Shown here: positions 46,548 through 57,014 of the stretch, piece by piece
Layout: each line of letters opens with the position of its first letter
Position numbering within the stretch: position 1 is the stretch's first letter
Assembly (NCBI GenBank): GCA_964291235.2
Contig: OZ219816.1
Span: 768,001-832,000, forward strand
Length of the DNA: 64,000 nt
Reading direction: 5' to 3'
Source: Vicinamibacteria bacterium
Lineage (GTDB): Bacteria; Acidobacteriota; Vicinamibacteria; Marinacidobacterales; Marinacidobacteraceae
Program-made: the position numbers and the translations under genes
Notes under the pieces: generated by a model
Seen by the model: only the letters and a program-made list of their open reading frames with translations
Databases searched by the model: none
What the model was told of the DNA's origin: nothing

Positions 46548-47741
46548 TCACTGCGGGTCTGAGGCCAGCGGCACTTCGTTGGCGGCTTCCACCAACGCCA
46601 CCCGCACCTCCATACCCTCGGTCACGATCGCGGGAGGATTCGTCACCACCCGCTCCCCGTCGCGGAGGCCGGCGCGCACCAGCAGGTTGCCGTCGCCGGA
46701 CGACCAGAAGGCGTCCACCTCACGGATCCGGATTCGGTCCCCGCTGTCCACCACGAGCACCCGTCCGTCCTCCCGGAACGCACTCCGCGGAACGACCGCG
46801 ATCTCCGGATACTCCCGACCCTCGATTTCGGCGCGCACGAACATCCCGGAGACCAGCGGGGGACGCCCCTCCGGTCCCGGCCCGTTGGGGTTCCTCACCT
46901 CGATCACCGCGGGGAAGAATCGCGTGGCGGGGTCCACCTCACCTTCCATCCGAACCAGCCGGCCTTCCCAGGTCCACGTGGACGACGCGAGCGCCGGTCC
47001 CAGGACCGCCGTCAGGCGCGCCCGCGGCCCCTGTCCCGAAGAAGCGCCTCCGAACGGAAGTTCCACCAGTTCGAGCGCGGCATCGGGCAGGGACACGCGT
47101 GTTTCCACCATATCCACTGCGAGCAGCTCGAGAAGCGGGACGCCGGGCGCGGCCCATTCTCCGACCTCTGCGTTCCGCTTTCCCACGAGGCCGGTGTGCG
47201 GCGCCCGCACCTCGGTCCGTTCCAGATCCCGCTCTGCCCGCTTGACCGCTGCCTCCGCGGCGGCAAGCGCCGCCCGGGCCGCCGCGAGTTGGGGAACCCT
47301 CAGCGCCAGCGGATCCGGCTCGGTCCCTTCTCCCGACCACTCCTCCTCCGCGAGCCGAGCCAACCCCTCTTCGGTCCGCAGCCGCAACCGGGTCGCTTCC
47401 AACTGGCTCTTCGCCTGGGCCACCGCGTGCTCATACGCCAGGGGTTCGATGCGGAAAAGGGCCGCTCCCTCTTCAACCCGATTTCCGTCCCGGAGGCCCG
47501 CGGCGGCCCACACCACCTGGCCTGCCACTTCGGCCGCGACGGTCGTTCGGTGTGCCGGACGCACCGCACCGTCGGCGCTCACCGTCACGCGGTGTGGTCC
47601 CACCCGGACGCGAACCGCGCGCACCTCCGGGGTCACGGTCTGAATTTCCTGGGCTTCGGGCTTCGGCCCGAGCGCCGTGAGCAGAGCCACCAGCACCGCC
47701 GCGGCCAGCAAAATGGGAATGAAGAGGAACTTCCGGAACAT
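46548..47741 (-). CDS. RND periplasmic adaptor (membrane fusion protein)
   Basis: N-terminal anchor, AEVAGQV, coiled hairpin, LERTEVRAP, GMFVRAEI and GLRDGERVV. Confidence 0.92.
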   Translation of the reverse strand: MFRKFLFIPILLAAAVLVALLTALGPKPEAQEIQTVTPEVRAVRVRVGPHRVTVSADGAVRPAHRTTVAAEVAGQVVWAAAGLRDGNRVEEGAALFRIEPLAYEHAVAQAKSQLEATRLRLRTEEGLARLAEEEWSGEGTEPDPLALRVPQLAAARAALAAAEAAVKRAERDLERTEVRAPHTGLVGKRNAEVGEWAAPGVPLLELLAVDMVETRVSLPDAALELVELPFGGASSGQGPRARLTAVLGPALASSTWTWEGRLVRMEGEVDPATRFFPAVIEVRNPNGPGPEGRPPLVSGMFVRAEIEGREYPEIAVVPRSAFREDGRVLVVDSGDRIRIREVDAFWSSGDGNLLVRAGLRDGERVVTNPPAIVTEGMEVRVALVEAANEVPLASDPQ

Positions 47742-49246
47742 CAGCGGGGACTCCCCGTCGAGCCGTCGGCCCCCGCCGGCGCGTCACCGTTCGCGCGTTC
47801 GAACCCGCCCCCGAGCGCCAGCGACAGGTTCACCCGGTTATCCAATCGAGCCCGCACCCGCGAGAGATGGCCGGACTCCGCCATCAGGACCGCCCGCTCC
47901 GCATCAAGCTCCGCCAGCCGCGAAACGAACCCGCTTCGACGCTGGGCCCCGGTTCGCGTCAACGCCCGCTGGCTCGCGGAAAGCGCCTCGGCCGACCGTG
48001 ACTCCACCTCGGAGAGCGCTTCCTCCGCTGACAACGCCGCTTCCACTTCTTGGTACGCCGTCAGAACCGTCCGGGCGTACACCGCGAGCGCCTCCCGGTC
48101 CCGCGCCTCCTCGTGGCGGATCTGCGCCCGGATGCGCCCCCCCTGGAACACCGGCGCCGCGATGCGGGCGATCAGGCTCCAGACCGAGAAATCCCCGTTT
48201 ACCAGGTCTTTCAGCCCGGTGGTGGCGGTGCCGGCCGAACTGGTCAGGGGGAACTGCGGATAGCGCGCCCGCCGCGCCATTTCGGTGAACTCCTTGGACA
48301 TCGCGAGCCGCCGCTCCGCGCTCGCCACGTCCGGACGCCGGGAAATGAGATCCGCCGGCGCCCCTGCCGGGACCGGGCTCCCGACCGCGGGAAGGCCGCC
48401 TCCGAGTTCCCAGTCCGGCCCCGGTTCCCCGTCGGGATAGTCGGTGAAGAGCACTTCGAGGCCCCGCACCGCCGCGGAAACCGCTTGGCGGCGGCTGGCG
48501 GCAGTCGCCCGCGCCTCGGCGAGCCGGGCTTTCGCGGCATCCACCTCGGCGAGCGCCGCTTCCCCGATCCGGGCCCGTTCGCCGGTCCACCGCACCGTCT
48601 CCTCCAGGCTCGCCGTGATTTCTTCGGCGATTCGGGCCTGTTCCCGGGCTTCGACCGCGAGGAAATACAGGCGTGCCGCCTGCCCCGCCAGCGAGACCCG
48701 CGCCCCTGCGACCTCGGCCACCGCCGCTCCCACCACCGCATTCGCGGCCCGCGCCCGCGGCGACGCCGCCCGCCAGAGATTCGCTTCCCAGGTCAGATCG
48801 AGCGAGAGCCCGTAGCGAACGAAGTCGGCGGTAAGTACGTCTTCCTCTCCGAGTCCCGGGATCGGCAGCCCGACGGAACCCGCGATGTCCGAAATGGGCA
48901 GCCCGATGAAGGCCTGCCGCGCCTGGATGCGTTCCACCCCGGTCCCGATCTGGGGATAGAGCGCACTTCGCGCCACTCCGGCGTCCGCCGCCGCCTGGGC
49001 CAGCCGGGCGGCCGCCTCCTGAAGCGTCAGGTTTCCCGAGAGCGCTCGCTCCACCACGCCGTCGAGCGCCGGATCCCCGAACGAGGTCCACCAGTCCGCC
49101 GCCGGCGTCTCGGCGACTTCCACGACCGCCGGTGCGGGGGTGAACTCGACCTCCGGGTCCGAAACGGGAATGCGCAGGCCGCCGCAGCCGAGGCAAAGCG
49201 AGACGGTCGCTCCGAGCGGGAGAAGGCGCTGTGCGGCGGTTCGCAT
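47741..49246 (-). CDS. Outer-membrane efflux lipoprotein (TolC/OprM family)
   Basis: Lipobox-like LCLGC, WWTSFGDPALD, PADLISRRPDVASAE and LSLALGGG. Start placed at ATG 49246. Confidence 0.92.
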   Translation of the reverse strand: MRTAAQRLLPLGATVSLCLGCGGLRIPVSDPEVEFTPAPAVVEVAETPAADWWTSFGDPALDGVVERALSGNLTLQEAAARLAQAAADAGVARSALYPQIGTGVERIQARQAFIGLPISDIAGSVGLPIPGLGEEDVLTADFVRYGLSLDLTWEANLWRAASPRARAANAVVGAAVAEVAGARVSLAGQAARLYFLAVEAREQARIAEEITASLEETVRWTGERARIGEAALAEVDAAKARLAEARATAASRRQAVSAAVRGLEVLFTDYPDGEPGPDWELGGGLPAVGSPVPAGAPADLISRRPDVASAERRLAMSKEFTEMARRARYPQFPLTSSAGTATTGLKDLVNGDFSVWSLIARIAAPVFQGGRIRAQIRHEEARDREALAVYARTVLTAYQEVEAALSAEEALSEVESRSAEALSASQRALTRTGAQRRSGFVSRLAELDAERAVLMAESGHLSRVRARLDNRVNLSLALGGGFERANGDAPAGADGSTGSPR

Positions 49247-49390
49247 AACGAGTGCCCGGAGTGTATTCGCTCGGCTCCGGCGGGCGTCGGAGCGTCCCGC
49301 CCTGTTGAAGGCAGAACCCCGGGTCGCGTACGATCGTGGGTTCAGACTGTGCCAATTCCTGGGCTTCGGCCTGTGCCATCGGAGGCTTTC

Positions 49391-51169
49391 ATGACTCATA
49401 CGACGTTCCCATCGGCGTTTCGCCTTTCCGTCGGTCTATGGCGTCGGCTCGCTCCGGCCGCCGCAGTCGGGCTGGCCGCCGTGCTTGGCGCGGGGAGCGT
49501 TGCGGCCCAGGACGAAGAACCGCTGAACCGCCGGGAGGTTTCGCGCGCGATCGACATCGCCGAGGAGCACATCGACGATGCCGAGCGCGCCCTCCGGAAC
49601 GAGGACGCGGAAGCGGCCACCGCTGCCTACAGCCAGGCGGGCGGGCTCTTCCTGCGCATCCTGCAGGACCATCCCTATCGCAGGGACATCCGGATGAGGC
49701 TCGGCCGCATCTATCGCCACTTCGAAGAGTGGGAGAACGTCGCGGGCGCCTTCGAAGAGGCTCTGAAGACGGATCCGCCGGGCGCCGATGAGGACGTGGA
49801 TGGCTGGGCGATCGAGACCGTCGAGGACGCCGACGAGATCCTCGAAGCCTGGACCGCATTGACCACCGCCTACGGGAACCTGGAGAACGATCTCAAGGTC
49901 ATCGAGGCCGGACAGAAGGTCATCGAACTGAATCCCAGTCCGACGGCGAGCACTTTCGTGGCGATTGGATCCAGCATGGCCCGGCAGGGGCAGTTCGACG
50001 AAGCCTCCGACATGGCCCAGCGCGCCCTGGAGATCGAACCCAACAGTGCTTTGGCTCACTCGACCCTCGGTCAGGCCGCTGCCGCCGGGGGGGATCTGGA
50101 CGCTGCCGAGACGTCCTTCCAGCGCGCCGTCGAACTCGATCCGAGTACGGCGCGGGCTCATGCCGGCCTCGCCGACATCTACTACTCCCGCGAGGACTTT
50201 CAGGCGGCTGTGGACGCGGCGACCGCCGCCCTCGACCTGAACGACCAGCTGACGGCGGCCTACGGGATCCGGGGTCTGGCGAACAATGCCCTCGGCAAGT
50301 CCCAGCAGGCCCAGGGTGACTTGTCCATGGCGGTTACCGTGAACCCTGACGATCCGGCGGCGAACCTCGCGTTCGCCCAGGTGTACGAGGCGCTGGAGAA
50401 CAGGGCCCAGGCAATGAGCTACTACCGCAAGGTCACGACTCTCGCCAACTCTCCGCCGGCTTCCCGGGTGGCGGCCCACGTCGCGCTCGGGCGCTTCGCC
50501 ATCCAGGATCTGAACTACGACGACGCCGTCACCGAGATGAACGCGGCGGTCGCTGCCGACCCGAACTCGGACGAAGCCAAGGCGGGACTCGGGATGGCGA
50601 ACCACGCGAGCGCCAAGGCGAAGCGCCAGGCCCAGGACATGGCCGGAGCCCTGGCCGCCGCGCAGGCCGCCGCCGGCGCCGATCCCGACAACCCGGTGTA
50701 CCAGGTGGAGCACGGCATCGCGCTCATCCTGAACCAGATGGTGGCTGAAGCGGTGCCGGTCCTCGAAGCCGGGGTCCCGAATTTTCCCGCCGACGGGAAC
50801 ATGGACGACCTCGCGGTCGGTCACTGGGCGCTCGGCCAGGCCTACATGGCGTCGCAGAACTTCGCCGGAGCGGAGACCCAGTTCTCCGAGGCGACCCAGA
50901 AGATGGCCAGTTGGGGAGCGCCCTTCCAGATGCTGGCGTGGGCCCATACCGCCCAGATTGCGTACGGACCCTGCCGGCTCAGGGACGCCGACTTCGGGGC
51001 CAGGATGCAGGCGGCCGGAGTGGGTTGTCCGGCAAGCGACGCCGACTATGAGCGAGTGAATCAGGCCGTGGCGGAATACGAGAAAGCGGTGGCGCTCGGC
51101 GTTCAGGATCCCACGCTCGCGGAGCGTCTCGCGGTGCTCCAGGAGGTCCGGAATCAGATCGCCGAATAA
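49391..51169 (+). CDS. Secreted tetratricopeptide-repeat protein
   Basis: GGAGG before ATG 49391, a signal peptide ending VAA-Q, and multiple TPRs (ALEIEPNSALAH, AVELDPSTARAH). Confidence 0.85.
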   Translation: MTHTTFPSAFRLSVGLWRRLAPAAAVGLAAVLGAGSVAAQDEEPLNRREVSRAIDIAEEHIDDAERALRNEDAEAATAAYSQAGGLFLRILQDHPYRRDIRMRLGRIYRHFEEWENVAGAFEEALKTDPPGADEDVDGWAIETVEDADEILEAWTALTTAYGNLENDLKVIEAGQKVIELNPSPTASTFVAIGSSMARQGQFDEASDMAQRALEIEPNSALAHSTLGQAAAAGGDLDAAETSFQRAVELDPSTARAHAGLADIYYSREDFQAAVDAATAALDLNDQLTAAYGIRGLANNALGKSQQAQGDLSMAVTVNPDDPAANLAFAQVYEALENRAQAMSYYRKVTTLANSPPASRVAAHVALGRFAIQDLNYDDAVTEMNAAVAADPNSDEAKAGLGMANHASAKAKRQAQDMAGALAAAQAAAGADPDNPVYQVEHGIALILNQMVAEAVPVLEAGVPNFPADGNMDDLAVGHWALGQAYMASQNFAGAETQFSEATQKMASWGAPFQMLAWAHTAQIAYGPCRLRDADFGARMQAAGVGCPASDADYERVNQAVAEYEKAVALGVQDPTLAERLAVLQEVRNQIAE

Positions 51170-51227
51170 GGCCGATCCGCCTGACGTCGGGGGGCTGCTT
51201 TCCTGCCTTGCCGGGGAGCAGCCCCCG

Positions 51228-52352
51228 ATGGAGGACATGCTGGGGCGATTTGTCCGCATCGAATCCCCGACTGACGACCCCGGCGCGACCGCCCGGATGG
51301 GGGATGAGGCCGTAGCCGCACTCACGGACAGCGCCCCGCGTTTGCTGAGGGACGCCGTGGTGTCCCGGGTGCCGGCGACGGCGGGTGGCCCTCCGCGCGG
51401 CCCGCACGTGCTGGTGCGGATCCCGGGATCCTCGGCGCTGGAGAAACCGTTACTGCTGCTTGGCCATCTCGATACGGTTTGGCCGCACGGCACCCTCGAA
51501 GAGATTCCGTTCCGGATCGAGGACGGAGTGGCCCGCGGCCCGGGTGTGTACGACATGAAGGCGGGTCTGGTGCAGACGATCTGGGCCCTCCGCACTCTTG
51601 ACCGGGAGGGGCTCCAGCCGCGCCGGCCGCTCACCATCCTCTGGAACAGCGACGAGGAGGCGGGGAGCGCCGCGAGCCGTGAACTCATCGAGGCGGAGGG
51701 GGCCGCGGCCGGCGCCTGCCTGGTGATGGAGCCCTCGCTTCCCGGAGGCGCCGCCAAGACCAGCCGCCGCGGGGTGGGGATCCTGCGCGTCCGGGTCCGG
51801 GGGCGGGCGGCCCATGCGGGTCTCGACCCCGAGCGCGGGATCAACGCCATCACCGAACTCAGCCGGATCGTGATCGCCGTCGCCGGCCTCTCGGAGCCGG
51901 CGCGCGGCATCAGCGCGAACGTGGGGCTGATCCGGGGCGGGTCGCGGACCAACGTGGTCCCGGCCGAGGCAACGGCCGACGTGGACATCCGGATGGACGA
52001 TCCGGAATCGGGAGCGGAACTCATCGCGGCGCTCCGGAGCCTCGGCGCGGAACACGAAGAAGCCCGGGTGGAGTGGACCGGGGGCGTGAACCGTCCTCCG
52101 CTGGTGCGGAACCGTGGCGTCCTCGCTCTCTACGAGCGAGCCCGGAGCCTGGCAGCGGAACTCGACTGGGACCTCGGGGAGGGTTCCGCGGGTGGGGGCT
52201 CCGACGGCAACATCGTGGCCGGCCTCGGGACCCCGGTGCTCGATGGGCTCGGCCCCCTCGGCGACGGCGCCCACGCCCGGCACGAACAGGTCGTGACCTC
52301 GGATCTGCCGCGCCGCGCCGCGCTTCTGGCCGCCCTGCTGCTGGAACTCTGA
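51228..52352 (+). CDS. M20 peptidase, glutamate carboxypeptidase-like
   Basis: LGHLDTVWP, GPGVYDMKAG, SDEEAGS, AAHAG and GGGSDGN. Confidence 0.9.
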   Translation: MEDMLGRFVRIESPTDDPGATARMGDEAVAALTDSAPRLLRDAVVSRVPATAGGPPRGPHVLVRIPGSSALEKPLLLLGHLDTVWPHGTLEEIPFRIEDGVARGPGVYDMKAGLVQTIWALRTLDREGLQPRRPLTILWNSDEEAGSAASRELIEAEGAAAGACLVMEPSLPGGAAKTSRRGVGILRVRVRGRAAHAGLDPERGINAITELSRIVIAVAGLSEPARGISANVGLIRGGSRTNVVPAEATADVDIRMDDPESGAELIAALRSLGAEHEEARVEWTGGVNRPPLVRNRGVLALYERARSLAAELDWDLGEGSAGGGSDGNIVAGLGTPVLDGLGPLGDGAHARHEQVVTSDLPRRAALLAALLLEL

Positions 52353-52409
52353 GCCGGCAAACGCCGGGCAACCTGCCTGGCGGCGCCGCATTGGGGGTGG
52401 ATTGAGTCC

Positions 52410-52740
52410 GGGAGTTTCGCAGGAACCCCCACCGGGAGAGCTGGGCCGGCCTCCGGCCGGCATCGCGGCCGCAGGCCGCGAAACTCCCAGACCCAGTCAT
52501 CCTTGATAGCGGCAACCCAAACGGGGACGGCGCATCGCTCTACCGCCGCCTGAGCGGCGCTGCGCCATGCCGCCGGGCGGCGGCGCCATCCTGGCGGATC
52601 AGGTTGGGGAGTTTCGCCCGCTGCGCGGGCGATGCCAGCCGGAGGCTGGCCCAGTTCTCCCGGTGGGGGTTCCTGGCCGCGAAACTCCCATCGTCAACCC
52701 GCCAGGATGGCGCAGCAGCCCGGCAGTGTGGCGCTGCGCC
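52410..52740. repeat. BIME/MITE-like mosaic with two inverted ~80-bp units
   Basis: Units at 52410-52488 and 52607-52689 are inverted copies, each bounded by GGGAGTTTCGC...GCGAAACTCCC and containing a GCCGGCCTCCGGCCGGC-type hairpin. The spacer is shared with 62308-62601. Confidence 0.8.
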
Positions 52741-52745
52741 GGCCG

Positions 52746-53486
52746 TCAGAGGATTTGGCTGAGGAAGGTCCTGGTGCGCTCGTCGGCCGGTTTCTCGAAG
52801 AACTGGTCCGGGGGCAGGCATTCCACGATGCTGCCCTCGTCCATGAAGGCCACTCTGTCGGCCACCGTCCGGGCGAAGCCCATCTCGTGGGTGACCACGA
52901 TCATGGTCATTCCGCTCTGGGCGAGATCGTTCATCACGTCGAGGACTTCCGTGATCATCACCGGGTCCAGGGCTGAGGTGGGTTCGTCGAACAGCATGAC
53001 CCGGGGCTGCATGCACAGGGACCGGGCGATCGCCGCCCGCTGTTGCTGGCCGCCCGAAAGCTGGCCGGGGTACTTGGCGGCCTGCTCCGGGATCCGGACC
53101 CGGGTGAGGAACTCCATCGCCCGCTGCCGGGCCTCCGCCTCGGTCAGCCCGAGCACCTTGGCCGGCCCGAGCACGCAATTGTCCAGCACGGTCAGGTGGG
53201 GGAAGAGGTTGAACTCCTGGAACACCATGCCGATCTCGCGGCGGATTGCGGGGAGATCGGCCGTTTCGCCGTCGAGTTCCCGTCCGGCGAAGACGATGCG
53301 GCCCTCCTCGTGTTCTTCGAGGCGATTGATACACCGGATCAGCGTGGACTTCCCCGATCCCGAAGGGCCGCAGATCACGATGCGTTCGCCTTCGAGGACC
53401 CGCAGGTGCACATCGCGGAGGACGTGAAAGTCCCCGAACCACTTGTTTACGCCCTCGAGAGCGATCAATGCCTCTGCTGAAGTCAC
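52746..53486 (-). CDS. Polar amino-acid ABC transporter ATPase
   Basis: [26 protein letters not shown] and [10 protein letters not shown]. Confidence 0.95.
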   Translation of the reverse strand: MTSAEALIALEGVNKWFGDFHVLRDVHLRVLEGERIVICGPSGSGKSTLIRCINRLEEHEEGRIVFAGRELDGETADLPAIRREIGMVFQEFNLFPHLTVLDNCVLGPAKVLGLTEAEARQRAMEFLTRVRIPEQAAKYPGQLSGGQQQRAAIARSLCMQPRVMLFDEPTSALDPVMITEVLDVMNDLAQSGMTMIVVTHEMGFARTVADRVAFMDEGSIVECLPPDQFFEKPADERTRTFLSQIL

Positions 53487-53499
53487 CGGGTCCGTCCGT

Positions 53500-54390
53500 T
53501 CAGGTGCGCGCCACGGCGGCGCTCTTCTCGAGTCGGTCGAACGCCTGCGACAGGAAGTAACACAGCAAGAAGTACAACGCGGCCACCGTAATCCATACCT
53601 CGAACACGCGAGTGGTCGAGACCGCGGTCTCCATCGCCAGGAAGGTCAGTTCCTGGATCGAGATCAGGGAGAGGATGGAAGAGTCCTTCACCAGGGTAAT
53701 GAACTGGCCGGCCAGCGGCGGGATCACCCTGCGGATGGCCTGCGGGAGGATCACCCGGCGCCAGAGTTGCCACCGCGAGAGCCCGAGGCTCAGTCCGGCT
53801 TCGGTCTGGGTCTTCGGAATGGACTGGATTCCGGCCCGCACGATCTCGGTCATGTAGGCGCCCTGGAACATGGCGAGACAGATGACGCCGGAGATCACGT
53901 TCGGGATCAGGGTGGACGGGCCGAGCAGAAGTTCCAGCGAGCTCACTGTCCCCGGCGATGCCCGGCGCACGAGATCCTCCACCCCCAGAAGCGGCATGAC
54001 CTGGCTGCTGATGAAGAAGTAGAAGATGAAAATGAAGACGAGGGGCGGGAGATTCCGGATCAACTCGACATACGTCCGGCTGAGCAGCCGCGGCAACACC
54101 CGGCGGCTGGTCCGCATGACACCGAAGACCCCTCCGACCAGGGCGGCCGGAACCATGCTGAGCAACGCCAGCCGGATCGTCGTGAAGAAGCCCTGCATCA
54201 GCAGGTTCGGAACCCAGCGCTCGAGTTCCTGGTCCCAGCGGTAGAGAAAGTGCGGGATAACGGTCCAGTCCCAGCGGTACTCCAGAACGGAGTCCACCCG
54301 GTGGACGACGTAAAGGACGGCCGCGAGGGCCCCGGCCAGAACCGCTGCGTCGATCCATCCCAGGCGCGCCCGCCTGGTCCCCGGAATCAC
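53500..54390 (-). CDS. Polar amino-acid ABC permease
   Basis: [24 protein letters not shown] and LVKDSS. Confidence 0.93.
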   Translation of the reverse strand: MIPGTRRARLGWIDAAVLAGALAAVLYVVHRVDSVLEYRWDWTVIPHFLYRWDQELERWVPNLLMQGFFTTIRLALLSMVPAALVGGVFGVMRTSRRVLPRLLSRTYVELIRNLPPLVFIFIFYFFISSQVMPLLGVEDLVRRASPGTVSSLELLLGPSTLIPNVISGVICLAMFQGAYMTEIVRAGIQSIPKTQTEAGLSLGLSRWQLWRRVILPQAIRRVIPPLAGQFITLVKDSSILSLISIQELTFLAMETAVSTTRVFEVWITVAALYFLLCYFLSQAFDRLEKSAAVART

Positions 54391-55241
54391 GGCTGCGACG
54401 CACTCCCGGGGCGAACCTCGTCGAGCCAGTTCGTTGACTTGAACCAGTAGTCGTAGCGCTCCTGAAGCCAGCCGCTTGTGGTGTTTACCCGGATCCAGTT
54501 GGAAAAGAAGTTCAGCGCGTCCGGATCCCCCTGGCGCAGTCCGAACGCTTCGTCACCCTGCGAGAGGTTGTCGGTGGTCGGGAGGAAGAGGAGTTCCGGG
54601 TTGCGGCCCGCCCACTCCACCGGTTTCGGGTAGGAGGAGACGATGGCGTGGGCATTGCCGTTCAGCACTTCCTGAAGCGCCTGGAGGTCGTCGTCGAATC
54701 TGCGGACGGTTGCCGCCGGGAACAGCCGCCCCACATCGTTGCAGGCAGTGGCGCCGCGCCGGCAGGTGAGGGTCACGGCTTCGCTGTCGTAGCCATCCGG
54801 CCACGGGAGATCGCCGGCGAGCGTCCGGCTGGCCGCGATTCCCATACCCGAGTGCGCGTAGGGGATCGTGAAGTTGATCGTCAGGTTCCGCTGGGGGCGG
54901 ATGCTGAGGCCGCCGATGATCACGTCGAACTTGCCGGCCAGCAGGGCGGGAATGATGCCGTCCCAGGAGGTCGGCACGAACTCGACGCTCACTCCCATGT
55001 CCCGGGCCACTTTCGTCGCGACATCCACTTCGAAGCCGACGAGGTTGCCGTTCCGGTCGCGCATCGCCCACGGTTCGAACGTCGAAATGCCCACCTTCAG
55101 AGCGCCGCGCCGCTGGATGGTCCGGACGACGCTCTCGGTGGCCGCCTGCTGTCCGGCGCACCGCACCTGGAGTCCGGCGACGGCAGCCACCGAGAGGACG
55201 ACGGCCAGCGCCATGGGGGACCGGGGACCGGCAAAGTTCAT
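54387..55241 (-). CDS. Polar amino-acid ABC substrate-binding protein
   Basis: GFEVDVA, WDGIIPALLAGKFD and FTIPY. GGAG lies upstream of ATG 55241. Confidence 0.92.
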   Translation of the reverse strand: MNFAGPRSPMALAVVLSVAAVAGLQVRCAGQQAATESVVRTIQRRGALKVGISTFEPWAMRDRNGNLVGFEVDVATKVARDMGVSVEFVPTSWDGIIPALLAGKFDVIIGGLSIRPQRNLTINFTIPYAHSGMGIAASRTLAGDLPWPDGYDSEAVTLTCRRGATACNDVGRLFPAATVRRFDDDLQALQEVLNGNAHAIVSSYPKPVEWAGRNPELLFLPTTDNLSQGDEAFGLRQGDPDALNFFSNWIRVNTTSGWLQERYDYWFKSTNWLDEVRPGSASQP

Positions 55242-55282
55242 TCTTGTCTCCTTGTTTCCGGTAGGGATTGGAGCGCGGGACA

Positions 55283-56113
55283 TCAGGCGCGCACCCGATG
55301 CTCCAGACGAGTCGCCACGACGGAGAGAGCCACGGTGAACGCGAGGTAGATGGCGGCCACCATCAGCCAGATCTCGAAGCTCAGGAACGTCTCCGCGATG
55401 ATGTTTCTGGCCTCGGTGGTGAGGTCGAACACCGCGATGACGCTCACGATCGCCGAGTTCCGGATGAGGGAGATCACGATTCCGGTGAGGGGCGGCAGCA
55501 TCAGCGGGACCGCCTGCGGCAGGATCACCGAGCGGTAGAGCGCCGCCCGCCCGAGGCCGATGCTGGCGCCCGCTTCCCACTGTCCGCGACGCACCGACAG
55601 GATGCCCGCCCGGATTGCCTCCCCGGCGAAAGCTCCCTCAAAGACCGAGAGCGCGAGGACCCCGACCCAGAAGCGATCGAGGCCGAGAATTGGTCCGAGG
55701 ACGAAGTAGAAGAGATAGACCTGGATCAGCAGCGGCGTGCTGCGCACTCCTTCCAGATAGACCTTGGCGAGGAGCCGTCCCGAGAACGAATCCGAAAGCC
55801 GCAGGAGCGCCAGCGCGAGGCCGATGCCGAGGGTGACGAGGATGCTCCAGGCGGTGAGCGCCAGCGTGACCGTGAGCCCGTGCGCGAGCGGCCCCCACAG
55901 GAGTTCTCCCTCGACGATCCGGAAGAGGTACTCGGGAACGCGGAACCACTGCCAGTTGTAGCCCAGGCCGGCGGCGCCGGAGACCGCAAGGCCCAGCACG
56001 GCGCCGGCGAAGACCGTGAACTGGAGGACATCGAACCACGCCGCGTTCCACCAGCGGCCGCGGTGGAGCGCAACGGGGCGCGGGCGGGCCGCCGGCGACT
56101 TCCCACCCATCAC
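55283..56113 (-). CDS. Polar amino-acid ABC permease
   Basis: RSTPLLIQ, EAIRAGILSV, GQWEAG and ILPQA. Confidence 0.93.
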   Translation of the reverse strand: MMGGKSPAARPRPVALHRGRWWNAAWFDVLQFTVFAGAVLGLAVSGAAGLGYNWQWFRVPEYLFRIVEGELLWGPLAHGLTVTLALTAWSILVTLGIGLALALLRLSDSFSGRLLAKVYLEGVRSTPLLIQVYLFYFVLGPILGLDRFWVGVLALSVFEGAFAGEAIRAGILSVRRGQWEAGASIGLGRAALYRSVILPQAVPLMLPPLTGIVISLIRNSAIVSVIAVFDLTTEARNIIAETFLSFEIWLMVAAIYLAFTVALSVVATRLEHRVRA

Positions 56114-56243
56114 CTGCTCCTATCGTCTTCCGGAGGCGGAAAAGTCAGTTCTCGGACAGGGTTCGGGATCGCCCGATCCGTGTTGGCGGCGCCGGTCTCA
56201 TGCTTTCTTGCCGTCCGGTCACCCGCGGTGACGAAACGAAAGG

Positions 56244-56275
56244 TTGACTTCGAAGGTACGAAAGTGGTACCAACA
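56244..56275 (+). promoter_or_regulatory. Putative promoter with palindromic operator-like site
   Basis: TTGACT followed by GGTAC-N7-GTACC and the TGGTACCA palindrome, in an AT-richer divergent spacer. Confidence 0.4.
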
Positions 56276-56349
56276 CAATATCGCGTGTAGTTCGTAAGAA
56301 GGAAGAACGGCACGTAAACCGAAACGAGACGGATCCTTGGAGGGACGAC

Positions 56350-56718
56350 ATGGCTAACAGAGTACTCGTGGGCCTGGGCACGATTATCGGGCTCTTGATG
56401 GGCTTCGCACCCGGAGTGGTCCCGATGGACTCGCTCCTCATGGTTGTCATCGGCATCGTGTATGCCGTGATGAACGTCGATGCCGAGGACGCGACCGGGT
56501 TCCTGGTGGTGGCCATCGCGGTCGGTCTTGCGACCGGCGATCACACGATAGTCGGTCACGAGATGGACGATCACATGATGCACCATCATGGGGTACTCAC
56601 CCACATCCCGGTTATCGGAGAGCAGCTCAGCGGAGCGTTCGGCGCGCTCCAGATTGCGCTCTACGCCGGAGTCGCTACCGTCGCCGCGACGCGGATCTTC
56701 AACCGCCTCAAGGGCTGA
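56350..56718 (+). CDS. Small membrane protein with a His/Met-rich loop
   Basis: GGAGGG RBS, about four hydrophobic segments, and the loop DHTIVGHEMDDHMMHHHG. Confidence 0.75.
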   Translation: MANRVLVGLGTIIGLLMGFAPGVVPMDSLLMVVIGIVYAVMNVDAEDATGFLVVAIAVGLATGDHTIVGHEMDDHMMHHHGVLTHIPVIGEQLSGAFGALQIALYAGVATVAATRIFNRLKG

Positions 56719-57014
56719 CGAACCGACGCGGACAGATGACGGCATTGGCCGTCTTCCGTTCGTGACGCTGGCGGGGTCGCGCCCGGCGCGCTCCCGCCGG
56801 CCAGCCGCCCGGCTCGGTCCGGTCTGCGCCGCCGGCGCTTCCTACCTTCGCGGACGTCGGTGCTTCAGGCGCCGCTAGCCGGTTCGGAGCCGGCGCAAGC
56901 CGCATTCCGGCGGCGCTCGGTCCAGCCGTCCCTGTGCCGGGGCGGTCCGACGCCGTCCGGAACCGTCTCCGGGTCGCGGCGGGCCGTGCGGCCCGGAAAC
57001 GCCATAATTCCGGG

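Noticed and set aside
48050-49390. 1039-aa ORF extension of the TPR protein
   Set aside because: It is antisense to the OMF gene. RBS and signal peptide support ATG 49391.
52410-52740. Possible CRISPR array or ncRNA at the repeat cluster
   Set aside because: Repeats are inverted and modular, not direct repeats with unique regular spacers. No cas genes are present.
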